Assembly (NCBI GenBank): GCA_038046805.1
Contig: JBBSVO010000003.1
Span: forward strand, 93,963 to 157,962
Length of the DNA stretch: 64,000 nucleotides
DNA from: Candidatus Micrarchaeota archaeon
Lineage (GTDB): Archaea > Micrarchaeota > Micrarchaeia > Anstonellales > Bilamarchaeaceae
Direction of reading: 5' to 3'
The translations under genes were made by a program, and so were the position numbers. The notes beneath the pieces were generated by a model. The model searched no databases, was not told the DNA's origin, and worked only from the letters and a program-made list of their open reading frames with translations. Positions 54,604 through 63,811 of the stretch are shown in pieces. The first letter of the stretch is position 1; every line of letters starts with the position of its first letter.

Positions 54604-55659
54604 TTATCCCCTCAATGGCGTCTTCCTCAACGCGCAGGCATATCCAACGTCTCGTAGGTAGGCGGAAATCACCTCTTCGCGTTCTGCATCGCTCATTTTC
54701 AGGAAATTCCCGTCCCCTTTCCCATTCATGTATGGACAACGGAACATCTTTCCGTCATAATCAATAGTAACCGCTGCGCCTGCACCCATCATGCACTGCC
54801 CGCGTTCGTCTGCGGTACTGTGCTCAAGGTTCAATGTAGAATTTTCACGCGCAAGCACCTTCAACTGATTGTATTTATCCGAGTTGGGATCAAGATGAAA
54901 TTCCGTGTTGCAGATGAAGAATACGCCATTTGCCTCTGCGGCTTCTTTCAATGCACGCAATCTCATCCCGCCATCGGCAATATCTCTTTCGCTAACAACG
55001 TAATTCATTCCGATTCTGGTTGTTCCTTCTATCAACGACGGCGCACTTTCGCTCAATGTACGATAAGTTTCAATTAATGTTCGCAAATTTCGTGCGATCT
55101 CCGCCTCGTTCTGGAATGAAAGCTCAGCTCCAGCGTATTCCCGACCATTGAAAAACCCCGCGTCTATGAACGGGTTTCCAAACAAGCTGATCATTACATT
55201 TGTTCCACACCCTGCAAGTGTTCTGCAGGTTTCGCTGTCAAGATTTTGGCCAGCGGTGAAAACATAGGAACGAATCCCAAGGCTTGCGGCAAATCGGATT
55301 TTGTCAAGTGTCATTGCTTTGAGTACTGGATGGAAAGGGTCGCCCCTCCCATTAATTGTTATTACGCATGTGCCGTGATTTTCCGCAAAATCGCGAATAA
55401 TTTGTCTCACACTCTCCGGACTCATGCGCCTTCCGCCATGGAGTTCCTGGGTAACACAGCCAAAGCAAGCCTGTCGCGCGGTTCCATCAGGCATCCGTAC
55501 CAGCTCTTTTCTTTTCTCGCAGAGATTTGCATCAGGAAGATTCAGCACATGAACCAGTGGAAGCCGAGTGTTTGGAGGATTTCGTACCCGTTCCATAATA
55601 AATTTGTTTATTTCCAGCATCTTTGCCATAAGGATCACCACCAATTGATAAATTACCAC
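54604..55659 (-). CDS. radical SAM-like protein with atypical cluster motif
   Basis: CX17CX2C (CEKRK...RQACFGC) in place of CX3CX2C, INGRGDPF (GGEP-like), and C-terminal DYDGKMFRCPY resembling the SPASM/twitch segment of 16455-17441. Confidence 0.5.
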   Translation of the reverse strand: MVIYQLVVILMAKMLEINKFIMERVRNPPNTRLPLVHVLNLPDANLCEKRKELVRMPDGTARQACFGCVTQELHGGRRMSPESVRQIIRDFAENHGTCVITINGRGDPFHPVLKAMTLDKIRFAASLGIRSYVFTAGQNLDSETCRTLAGCGTNVMISLFGNPFIDAGFFNGREYAGAELSFQNEAEIARNLRTLIETYRTLSESAPSLIEGTTRIGMNYVVSERDIADGGMRLRALKEAAEANGVFFICNTEFHLDPNSDKYNQLKVLARENSTLNLEHSTADERGQCMMGAGAAVTIDYDGKMFRCPYMNGKGDGNFLKMSDAEREEVISAYLRDVGYACALRKTPLRG

Positions 55660-55739
55660 AGTTGGAGTATATAAAATAAAATATCAAAAAATTATACAAA
55701 ACCGATAGAATTATATAGAAATATAGGAATAGTAAACTA

Positions 55740-56753
55740 ATGAAAACCGGACTAGACGTTAAGGATAGAAGGATACTCTATGAATTAGACCTAAATGCAC
55801 GGGCTTCAAATGCAGAGATTGCCAAGCGCGCGGGGGTATCCAAACAGATTGCAGGGCTTCGGATAAAAAGGCTTATCGGAAACGGAACAATCAACAATTT
55901 CTTTGCGGTCATAGACAACGCCAAGCTCGGATATACCATACATAAAAACTTTGTCAGGCTGCAAAACATGGATAGCAACACCGAGCAGCGAATGCTAGAC
56001 TTCCTGAAAAATCATCCTGCAATTGTGTGGATTGTAAGCTGCGATGGAAGATATGATCTTGCATTCGGAACGCGCGCAACGAATATGGCTGAATTGGACC
56101 GCACGCTAAGCGAAATAGATGCACAATTTGGCAGCAATATTTCAGAACGTCAGATTGCAACCATTTTACATGGAGAATATTTTGACAGGGGGTATCTTCT
56201 GGAAAATCTGAAAAAGGAGATCAAAAACAAGGAAAGCACAACTGCAGCATTTGGCGCGATTCCAGAACCTGCACCTCTTGATGAAACAGATTGGAAGATA
56301 CTTCTTGAGTTGGGAAAAAATGCACGCGCTACGCTGGTTGAAATCGCGAAAACAATCGGAATAAGCCCGGACACGATTGCGGTTCGGATAAAAAATATTG
56401 AAAAACAAGGAGTGATAAAACGATATAATTTTGTTCCGAGCGAATCGGTTTACCCATATCTTCATTACAAGGTTCTTGTCGGACTAAAAAACTCTGGAGA
56501 AGAGAGAGAACGCGCGCTTATAGGATTTTGCAAAACCCATCCAAATATCGTTTATATAGTTAAGGCACTTGGCCCATGGGATTTCGAAATAGATATTGAA
56601 GTTGAAACCGCTGAGGAGTATAGAGGAATTATGATGGCGCTCAAAACAAGATTTGCAGATATGATAAAGGATTACTCATCGCTCAGCATTTATCAGGTTC
56701 ATAAATACAATTTCTGCCCTGGAGTGCCGGCTAATCCTAGAAGGCGTGCCTGA
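55740..56753 (+). CDS. tandem (two-copy) Lrp/AsnC-type transcriptional regulator
   Basis: Two HTH_AsnC-like segments (DRRILYELDLNARASNAEIAKRAGVS and DWKILLELGKNARATLVEIAKTIGIS), each followed by a RAM-like domain. Confidence 0.75.
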   Translation: MKTGLDVKDRRILYELDLNARASNAEIAKRAGVSKQIAGLRIKRLIGNGTINNFFAVIDNAKLGYTIHKNFVRLQNMDSNTEQRMLDFLKNHPAIVWIVSCDGRYDLAFGTRATNMAELDRTLSEIDAQFGSNISERQIATILHGEYFDRGYLLENLKKEIKNKESTTAAFGAIPEPAPLDETDWKILLELGKNARATLVEIAKTIGISPDTIAVRIKNIEKQGVIKRYNFVPSESVYPYLHYKVLVGLKNSGEERERALIGFCKTHPNIVYIVKALGPWDFEIDIEVETAEEYRGIMMALKTRFADMIKDYSSLSIYQVHKYNFCPGVPANPRRRA

Positions 56754-56966
56754 GAACAGTCGGTAACATAATCGCCAATATTTGCTGTTTATCGCTATTA
56801 TGATAGCTACAATTTGATAAACTTCGCGATTACAATAGCAACATTTAGAGAATATCCGCTAATACGATGGCGACATAGACGTAAAATTCAATACCTGCAT
56901 GAGCGTTTCTTCTCTTAATCTGAAGAAAAACCACACAGCAACCTTTAAAATCCTTAGATTACAGTA

Positions 56967-56987
56967 ATCCACATTGATAATGTGGAT
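56967..56987. promoter_or_regulatory. perfect 9-bp-arm palindrome ATCCACATT-GAT-AATGTGGAT just upstream of the Zn-ribbon gene ATG
   Basis: Read directly from the sequence. Ends 6 nt before the ATG at 56994. Confidence 0.35.
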
Positions 56988-56993
56988 AACAGT

Positions 56994-57326
56994 ATGGCAA
57001 ACGTCGTTTGCCATATATGGAAATGTGGCGATAACATGGTTGAACTGAAACGCACCATAAGGTGTTCCAACTGCAATAGTGAAGCTAACTTCTTTCTATC
57101 GTCGGATATGGGCATGAGCGAACTGCAGATTCAGGGAAGATGCCCAAAATGCGGCAATTCAATGCAGGTTACGTTTAGTATAGTGGAATCAGGAACAGGC
57201 AGTTCACCTGGACATCAGTCCTCATCCGATAGCGCATTTCAGGAATCAGGGCTTGCTGGGATAGATGAAACGATGTTCACACCAGATATAACCAGCGATG
57301 CAATAAAAGATTTGATTGATGGATAA
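56994..57326 (+). CDS. zinc-ribbon protein (hypothetical)
   Basis: CSNC...CPKC four-Cys ribbon followed by an acidic Ser-rich tail. The ATG at 56994 is preferred over the GTG at 56982. Confidence 0.5.
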   Translation: MANVVCHIWKCGDNMVELKRTIRCSNCNSEANFFLSSDMGMSELQIQGRCPKCGNSMQVTFSIVESGTGSSPGHQSSSDSAFQESGLAGIDETMFTPDITSDAIKDLIDG

Positions 57327-57351
57327 AGAATAAAGATGCAAACGTGCGGTT

Positions 57352-58155
57352 TTACAATAATTCCGGCAACTCGCGAACCGAACCAATAACCAAATCAGGT
57401 TTCTCATTCTTTTTTAATTTATCAACGTCCTCTTTTTTCGCAATTCCGCTCAGAACAAGAACCGAACGGACTCCCGCCTTTTTTGCAACCGCGATGTCAC
57501 TGTCAAGCCTGTCTCCGACCAGGATTACCTCATCTTTCCCTACTCCCAGCTCATCAAGAATCATTTCCAGCATATAGGTATTCGGCTTTCCGATTATTAT
57601 TTTTGGTGGAGTTCCACTTGCGAATGAAAGAAACTCCACAAGAGCACCTGCACCGGGAAGCAATCCATCTTCAACGGGAAAGGTCGCATCGGTGTTTGTT
57701 GCAATGAAATCCGCTCCGCGAATTATCGCGCGGAACGCATTTGACATTTTTTCATAGGTCATTTTGGAATCAAGACCGACAACGACAATGTCTGCCTTAT
57801 TCGTATCAACAACCGAAATACCAGCCTTAGCCAGCTCTTCGCCAACCCCATCTCCACCAATGTAAAATACGTTCCATTTTGATTTCGGATAGTTTTCAGA
57901 GATATGTTTTGCGGTTGCGTAGGATGTAGTAAAAAATTCGATTTCTTTCGAGTCTATCCCCAGTGATGCCAGCTTCTCAACCCTTCCTTTTCTCGAGCGC
58001 GTGCATGCGTTCGTTAAATATGCGATTTTTATTCCGCGTTTCTTTAGCTCTGCAATCGCCTTGTCCGCGCCTGCAATGAGCGTTCTGCCGCGATAGATAA
58101 CTCCGTCCATGTCGAGGATGACGGCTTTGATGCCTTTGAAATGACTTGAAGCCAT
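57352..58155 (-). CDS. HAD-IIA family phosphatase (NagD/PGP-like)
   Basis: The ATG at 58155 gives ...AVILDMDGVIY (DxD), LTNA, and GDRLDSDI motifs. Confidence 0.8.
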   Translation of the reverse strand: MASSHFKGIKAVILDMDGVIYRGRTLIAGADKAIAELKKRGIKIAYLTNACTRSRKGRVEKLASLGIDSKEIEFFTTSYATAKHISENYPKSKWNVFYIGGDGVGEELAKAGISVVDTNKADIVVVGLDSKMTYEKMSNAFRAIIRGADFIATNTDATFPVEDGLLPGAGALVEFLSFASGTPPKIIIGKPNTYMLEMILDELGVGKDEVILVGDRLDSDIAVAKKAGVRSVLVLSGIAKKEDVDKLKKNEKPDLVIGSVRELPELL

Positions 58156-58187
58156 GTTTAAAATCATGAGCAGATAAAATATAAAAT

Positions 58188-58847
58188 ATGACAGTTCACG
58201 TTGCAGTTCTCTTTTCCGGAGGAAAGGATTCCTGCTATGCCGCAGGCTGGGCACTGGCGCAGGGCTACGATATAGTATTGGTTACAATGAATCCCGAGCC
58301 TTATTCAATGATGTTTCACCATCCGAATGTTCAATGGACGAAATTGCAAGCAGAGGCGATGGGAATCAAACAGGTAATGGTCACAACCAAGCATGATACC
58401 GAATTGAACGACCTTGAGGAAACGCTTCGCAAACTAAAAATCGGTGCGATTGCCACTGGTGCTGTTGCAAGCGTTTACCAGAAAGACCGGATCGAAGCGA
58501 TTGGCAAAAGACTCGGCGTTCCGGTTCATTCCCCATTATGGCATTCTGATGAGAAAAAGCTGCACGAGCTTCTTGACACGATGGAGATTTACGTTGTTGC
58601 AGTGGCAGCAGAAGGATTGGGAAGGGAATTTCTTGGGAAACCGTTGCGCAAGCTTGTTGATGCCAAAGTAAAGAATATCCATCCATTCCTTGAAGGCGGG
58701 GAGGGGGAAACGTTTGTAACGAACGCACCATTCTTCAAAAAGCGGATTGAGATTAAAGGATGGAAGATAAGCTGGGATGGGGTAAGGGGCGTGGCGGAGA
58801 TTGAGGATGCGGGATTGGTTGAGAAGGAAAAGAAAAAAACAAAATAA
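58188..58847 (+). CDS. PP-loop ATP pyrophosphatase, diphthine-ammonia ligase (Dph6/MJ0570)-like
   Basis: SGGKDS PP-loop at the N-terminus. 219 aa, with GEGGE near the C-terminus. Confidence 0.75.
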   Translation: MTVHVAVLFSGGKDSCYAAGWALAQGYDIVLVTMNPEPYSMMFHHPNVQWTKLQAEAMGIKQVMVTTKHDTELNDLEETLRKLKIGAIATGAVASVYQKDRIEAIGKRLGVPVHSPLWHSDEKKLHELLDTMEIYVVAVAAEGLGREFLGKPLRKLVDAKVKNIHPFLEGGEGETFVTNAPFFKKRIEIKGWKISWDGVRGVAEIEDAGLVEKEKKKTK

Positions 58848-58859
58848 GTTTTATTTGGC

Positions 58860-59279
58860 TTAGTCACATGGCGCCAGTGGTTTTCCACCGCTAACGGTTA
58901 CGGATGGCGCAGATTCCGAAGTACCACTAAACGCAACGGCCTGACCTCCATTCAATGTTTTTGGACCAAACTCAACAGCTATTAGTGTCCCATTCTCTAG
59001 TATAGTTTCTCCTTTAGATACGTCCATTGTTTTGCCATCTTTTGTCCGAAATCGTACCCCACTATTTGTTCTACAAAGGCCTTCTGCCATTACGTTGTTT
59101 AATACTCCTGTAATTCTCTCGCGCTCTACATCTGCCTCAATGGCCTTCTTATTGCCCCAACTTGCCAATCCCGCAATACCAGCAAACAGTACGGCTGCGG
59201 CGCCAAGCTTCGCCAAAGTATTTGCATTTCTCCTTACCCATCCTTTCTGTTGTCCTTCCATAACTTGTGCCTGAACCAT
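58860..59279 (-). CDS. membrane-anchored hypothetical protein
   Basis: 139 aa. One N-terminal TM helix, then a beta-rich domain ending in Cys-Asp. Confidence 0.45.
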   Translation of the reverse strand: MVQAQVMEGQQKGWVRRNANTLAKLGAAAVLFAGIAGLASWGNKKAIEADVERERITGVLNNVMAEGLCRTNSGVRFRTKDGKTMDVSKGETILENGTLIAVEFGPKTLNGGQAVAFSGTSESAPSVTVSGGKPLAPCD

Positions 59280-59292
59280 TTACCCACCTCAT

Positions 59293-59319
59293 TTGTTTAA
59301 GTTGTTTAAGTTGTTTAAG
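59293..59319. promoter_or_regulatory. three perfect tandem copies of TTGTTTAAG upstream of gene 58860-59279
   Basis: Read directly from the sequence. Begins 14 nt upstream of the start codon on the minus strand, next to GAGGTGG. Confidence 0.35.
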
Positions 59320-59395
59320 CAGTATATATAACAGAATCTTTAACAATGTTTGCGGAAGTTGTAAAATGGTGTTCTGCGACCGATAGGAAGTGCCT

Positions 59396-59803
59396 CTAAA
59401 GCATTTCCATCAAATCCGCGGTTTTCCAGATTTTGATTTTTTTCTGCTTCGTGAAATGCTCGTCATCGCTCCAGATGTCGGCACCTGTTACCAATGCTGC
59501 TGCAACGAAAGGCACATCTCCAACATCAACTTCGAGGATTAATTTCTTGGCATCATCCCAATGCTCAAAAAGGGCGTCGTTTTCTACAAGAACGCATCTT
59601 CGCATTAACTGCTCGAGAAGAAGATTGAATGATGCTTCGTTCATCCCGGATTTAACAAGCAACTCTTTCTTGTATTTCTCCAGCTCTTGATAATTGGTCT
59701 GAATAATGAAAAACTCAGCGTTCAAATGCAGAAAAAGCCTTCGCGTCACTGAGTCTTTTATTAAGGCTGCAAAGACGATATTGCTATCAACAACCAGTTG
59801 CAT
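59396..59803 (-). CDS. PIN-domain protein (VapC-like toxin)
   Basis: The ATG at 59803 gives MQLVVDSNIVFAAL... Acidic residues are spaced as in PIN domains. 1-nt gap from the upstream small gene. Confidence 0.7.
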   Translation of the reverse strand: MQLVVDSNIVFAALIKDSVTRRLFLHLNAEFFIIQTNYQELEKYKKELLVKSGMNEASFNLLLEQLMRRCVLVENDALFEHWDDAKKLILEVDVGDVPFVAAALVTGADIWSDDEHFTKQKKIKIWKTADLMEML

Positions 59804-59804
59804 A

Positions 59805-60050
59805 TCACACCTTCTTTCTTTTTGCCGCCTCTTTTTCGAGTCTCTCGAACATCGCATGCTTTATCTTATGCCCTATCCTGTTAACGTCCTCTTCCGTCAG
59901 CTCGCTCTTTTCAATCAACTTATCCATCCAGTGCAGTTCACTCACCTTCATCTCAAAAGCCTTTCTTGCGACTTCACTCCACTTTATTTCAGAGTGGAAC
60001 TGCATCTCCTTGTAAAGCTCTTCCGGGATAGCCAACGTCATATTAACCAT
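59805..60050 (-). CDS. antitoxin-like small protein paired with the PIN gene
   Basis: 81 aa, helical and charged. Its stop lies 1 nt before the PIN start. Confidence 0.55.
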   Translation of the reverse strand: MVNMTLAIPEELYKEMQFHSEIKWSEVARKAFEMKVSELHWMDKLIEKSELTEEDVNRIGHKIKHAMFERLEKEAAKRKKV

Positions 60051-60117
60051 AAGCTCACCTATGTGTAGTATGTGTATGCAAATATTTAAAAATAGTTGGG
60101 AGCGAGAAAGTTACCAA

Positions 60118-60264
60118 TCAACCTTCTCTGAATCTCTTTGCAATATTTTTCCTGACCTGTTTCCCTAATCTTAATGCATCTTCTTCGGTCATTTCACTTT
60201 TTTCCATGAACTTGTTTAGTATTCGTAAGTCATTTATTTCGTTATCTGACTTTCGTTTCGCCAT
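60118..60264 (-). CDS. 48-aa ORF resembling the C-terminal half of the neighbouring antitoxin
   Basis: MAKRKSDNEINDLRILNKFMEKSEMTEEDALRLGKQVRKNIAKRFREG, compared with ...MDKLIEKSELTEEDVNRIGHKIKHAMFERLEKE. Not in the ORF track (under 60 aa). Confidence 0.35.
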   Translation of the reverse strand: MAKRKSDNEINDLRILNKFMEKSEMTEEDALRLGKQVRKNIAKRFREG

Positions 60265-60268
60265 CTTC

Positions 60269-61267
60269 TCACAACACCAAATCAAATTCCTTTCCGTCTT
60301 TTGTTAATCGCACGCCTTTTCCATCAGCAGCCTTTCCGATGACATGCGCGCCTACTCCGTGTTTTCTCGCGATTCCGCGGATTTGGTTCTCAGCAGCACG
60401 CGGAACAACAAGAACCATTCCAATTCCCATGTTAAACGTACGGTAAAGTTCGCGGATATCTTTCACCCCACGCGCAAGCTCTTCAAAAATAGGCTTTGGC
60501 TTTGGCATTCCGCCTGCATCGAATTCAAATCCAACAGTCTTGCTTAACCGGGTTATTTTTGAAAATGCGCCTCCAGTAATATGGGCTATCCCATGAATTT
60601 CCGCACCACTGTCAATCATTTCAAGCACAGGCTTACAATAGATACGTGTAGGCTCAAGCATTTCTTTTCCCCATTTCTCTAGGTCCAGAAGCTTCCGCGC
60701 CAGGGTATAGCCGCTTGAATGGATACCTGAACTTTCAAGACCAATAAGAATATCTCCGTCTGTGATGTCCTTGCCAGTGATCGTCTTCTTTCTTATCCTT
60801 CCAACCGCGGTAAATGCCAGGTCAAATGGCCTATTTCCACCTTTTATTACATCTGGCATTATGGCAGTTTCACCACCAATAATCGCGCAGCTCGCTTCTC
60901 TCGCACCTTCAACAAGCCCCTTCATTAATTCATCCACAAGCTCATCATCTTCGCTTGTAAGCGCAATATAATCAACACCAACCATTGTCTCTGCACCGAG
61001 GCAAAGGATATCATTCGCGCTCATTGCAACCGCGTCAATGCCAACTGTGTCAAACTTCCCGATATCCTGCGCAACAAGGACTTTTGTACCCACGCCATCT
61101 GTGTGAATAACAAGCTGTTCGCTGCCACACTGAAAAACTCCGCCATAGTGGCCAAGAATCGGAAGCGGACCACCATATCCCTTGCGAAAGTCGAACGTTT
61201 CCGCAATCCTGTTCCAAAGCTTTCCCTGGATCTTCTTCACGTGAGAAACATCAATCTGGTATCGCAT
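60269..61267 (-). CDS. purM: phosphoribosylformylglycinamidine cyclo-ligase (AIR synthetase)
   Basis: DGVGTK, GIDAVAMSANDI, GGETA and HITGGAF motifs. Confidence 0.9.
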   Translation of the reverse strand: MRYQIDVSHVKKIQGKLWNRIAETFDFRKGYGGPLPILGHYGGVFQCGSEQLVIHTDGVGTKVLVAQDIGKFDTVGIDAVAMSANDILCLGAETMVGVDYIALTSEDDELVDELMKGLVEGAREASCAIIGGETAIMPDVIKGGNRPFDLAFTAVGRIRKKTITGKDITDGDILIGLESSGIHSSGYTLARKLLDLEKWGKEMLEPTRIYCKPVLEMIDSGAEIHGIAHITGGAFSKITRLSKTVGFEFDAGGMPKPKPIFEELARGVKDIRELYRTFNMGIGMVLVVPRAAENQIRGIARKHGVGAHVIGKAADGKGVRLTKDGKEFDLVL

Positions 61268-61335
61268 AATTAAACTAAAACGAGAAGGAAATAAAAATAG
61301 ATGTGTAATCTTAAGGTAATAGTAGATGTTTAAAT

Positions 61336-62496
61336 TTGTTTTTATTCAAATTAAGAATGATGTCTGATTTAGAATATGTAGACCCCGAAGGGTTGCGCCT
61401 TATTGTATTATACCATCCAAACGACGACTTTAGAAGAACCGTAGAACTTGAACTCCTGAGAAGATATGTAGAGAAAGGAGACCTCGAACTATTAGCTCTA
61501 TTAGTAAATGAACCTCTAACAACTACAGATGGCTTGACAGATGGATTGATAAGAATATTATCTGAGACTCCAGTTGAAGAATTCCGATCACAACCCGGAT
61601 TCTTGACCGGTCTTCTTGAAGACAATAGATTACTCAACAGAGCAAGGGATTTGATAAAAACTATCCTGAATAGAATATCGGAACAACTAGATACAGGAAT
61701 AGAAAATAAATCCGAATCAACACTCTTCGAAATAGCGGTTGATGGAACAAAACCCGAATCTCTAAGAATAGCTGCCGGAGTGTCAATAGTTAAGAAAAAA
61801 TCCGGAGCAAAGAAAACTGATGATCTTCTCAGAATGTCGAAAAACCTCGGGCTACACCCACAAGTGCGACAGGATGCAGAAGAGGAATTAATTAAACTAA
61901 AAACAGAAGAAATCAGAGGTTATGTGGAAAAAGGAGATTACCATTCGGTTATCCGCATGTATCAGGATAAAGGTATGCCCCCAGTCGTAACCGAGGAAGC
62001 ATATTCGCACATAAAAACAGCAGTTGACCGAAAAGTAGATGGATTGGTAAAGAACGGAGAGTATTCAAAGATACTGGATATGAAATTAGATGGAGAACTG
62101 ATTGAAATGGGAATACAGATTAGTGAAGACAGTGTAAAAGACGCGACACTGGTAGCTGTAGGGTTTGCAGAAGCAAACGGCAGATATTACACAGTTATTG
62201 ATATTTCAAAAGATGAACGACTGGGCCCGGAATTAAGAGTAGTTGTAAAAGGAAAAATTCCGGCCGCGGCACGACGTGCTCTGGAAAGCAAATCCATCAA
62301 CCATGATCTTGAAAATAAAATGAGGATGGTTGGGCGAGAAGAGATTCCACCAGAAATTCGAGAACAAACAAGAATAGTCCTTGTCAGAAAGGCACAGGAG
62401 TATGCGACAGAATGGATGAAAATTAAACCTAGCCCTCGTAGAGATTTAGAGGCATATCTTCAAAATGCAAGAAGATGTGCGAAATTAGCAACATAA
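61336..62496 (+). CDS. hypothetical alpha-helical protein
   Basis: 386-aa ORF with no recognised motif. Confidence 0.45.
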   Translation: MFLFKLRMMSDLEYVDPEGLRLIVLYHPNDDFRRTVELELLRRYVEKGDLELLALLVNEPLTTTDGLTDGLIRILSETPVEEFRSQPGFLTGLLEDNRLLNRARDLIKTILNRISEQLDTGIENKSESTLFEIAVDGTKPESLRIAAGVSIVKKKSGAKKTDDLLRMSKNLGLHPQVRQDAEEELIKLKTEEIRGYVEKGDYHSVIRMYQDKGMPPVVTEEAYSHIKTAVDRKVDGLVKNGEYSKILDMKLDGELIEMGIQISEDSVKDATLVAVGFAEANGRYYTVIDISKDERLGPELRVVVKGKIPAAARRALESKSINHDLENKMRMVGREEIPPEIREQTRIVLVRKAQEYATEWMKIKPSPRRDLEAYLQNARRCAKLAT

Positions 62497-62507
62497 ATTT
62501 TCATTGT

Positions 62508-62548
62508 GTCAAAAACCACTGGTTAGAGACCAGTGGCTTGTTTTTGAC
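62508..62548. terminator. long hairpin between convergent genes
   Basis: GTCAAAAACCACTGGT-TAGAG-ACCAGTGG(CTT)GTTTTTGAC. Confidence 0.4.
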
Positions 62549-62552
62549 AGGC

Positions 62553-62617
62553 AGAGATTCCACGACTGGGCCAGGTAATGATTATGTGACCATTAGTCAC
62601 AGACTAGTGGAATCTCT
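62553..62617. other. 65-nt stem-loop with an 11-bp perfect closing stem and an inner hairpin
   Basis: AGAGATTCCAC...GTGGAATCTCT encloses TGTGAC-CATTA-GTCACA. Contains TTCCACGACT, which is also found at the left IS end (40431-40440). Confidence 0.4.
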
Positions 62618-62627
62618 GGATTTAGAA

Positions 62628-63755
62628 TCATTTCAAAAGGGCTTTCCCTTCCTCTGAAATTTTTTCCCGCATTTCCTCCGGGCACATCACCATTACCTTG
62701 CGCCTTTTTTCCTCGCTTGTTTTCAGTGCTGCAACGATATCTGAAATGCGCGAGATAGGTTCAACAATTCCTGTGTCAAACTTAACTTTAAAATCAATTG
62801 GCTTGAAAAAACCAGATGGATATTCAACTATAACATCACATTTATATTTCTGCTTTAGTACGTCTTCCAGCTTTTTCGTTTTTGTCTGAAGCTTTTCAGG
62901 ATCGGTTTCCGAGGGTTTGAATGAAAATGCCTCTTTGTATAATTTCCGTCCGACAAGCGCGCTTATGTATGGAGACGAACCAGCCACGCCTGCCAATGCT
63001 GAAAGAATCTCGTCATCATTCATGATTGTAAATTTTTCCGGCTCAAAACCTTCTGAAACCGCGCTTTGAATCGCTTTATGGTAAATTGCCGCAGCGATTC
63101 GAACTGTGCGGTGCAGATAAACCGTTGAAAACATCAGAAAACGAGCGATTAAAAGGGATTCCGCGGCTTCAAGACCGCCTTCGTTGATGACAAGCGAACC
63201 TGTTTCGTCGTTCAACTCCATAGTGTGCATAATGCGTTCTGTGTCGATTACGCCGTAAGCAACCCCGGTATTCGCTGAATCCCTTACAAGATAATCCATC
63301 CTGTCTGCGCCCAGGTCAGAACAGACGACCTGGCCTATTTTCGCATTCTCGAGATTCATTATTTCTTCCGCATTCCACGATTCGTTCAAAATAGTGCCGA
63401 TTTCTCCAGTAAGAACTTTTTTCTTTCCGATTTCCTCATGAGTTCGAAGATGAGGCTCGAGGACCTTTTCTGATTCATGCGAAAACGGCAGATGACCAAT
63501 ATCGTGAAGAAGTGCAAATAAGCGAACCTTTTGCGCATCGTCATCGCTCAAACCAAGCTTGCGGCACAACTCGCTTGCAAGATGAAAAACACCTATTGAA
63601 TGCTCAAAACGCGTGTGGTTTGCGCCCGGATAAACCAGATAAGTGAACGCCATTTGTTTTATTCTGCGAAGCCGCTGAAAATCCAGAGTATCAACTATCC
63701 TTTCTTCGAGTTCGTTGAAATAGATATTTCCGTGAATTTCGTCCTTTATCATCAT
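62628..63755 (-). CDS. HD-domain phosphohydrolase (dNTP triphosphohydrolase-like, COG1078-type)
   Basis: RFEHSIGV...LLHDIGHLPFSH...DRMDYLVRD motifs. ATG at 63755. Confidence 0.8.
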   Translation of the reverse strand: MMIKDEIHGNIYFNELEERIVDTLDFQRLRRIKQMAFTYLVYPGANHTRFEHSIGVFHLASELCRKLGLSDDDAQKVRLFALLHDIGHLPFSHESEKVLEPHLRTHEEIGKKKVLTGEIGTILNESWNAEEIMNLENAKIGQVVCSDLGADRMDYLVRDSANTGVAYGVIDTERIMHTMELNDETGSLVINEGGLEAAESLLIARFLMFSTVYLHRTVRIAAAIYHKAIQSAVSEGFEPEKFTIMNDDEILSALAGVAGSSPYISALVGRKLYKEAFSFKPSETDPEKLQTKTKKLEDVLKQKYKCDVIVEYPSGFFKPIDFKVKFDTGIVEPISRISDIVAALKTSEEKRRKVMVMCPEEMREKISEEGKALLK

Positions 63756-63811
63756 TCTAAAGTCACCGCTAACAGCCCATAGCTCAAGGCTCACTACCAA
63801 ATGCCAATGTG

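Noticed and set aside
56760-56900. Apparent iteron-like recurrence of (A/T)TCGC(N)A(T)TA motifs upstream of the Zn-ribbon gene
   Set aside because: The spacing is irregular (about 20, 32, 32 and 14 nt) and the motif is short and degenerate, so it cannot be distinguished from AT-rich background by eye.
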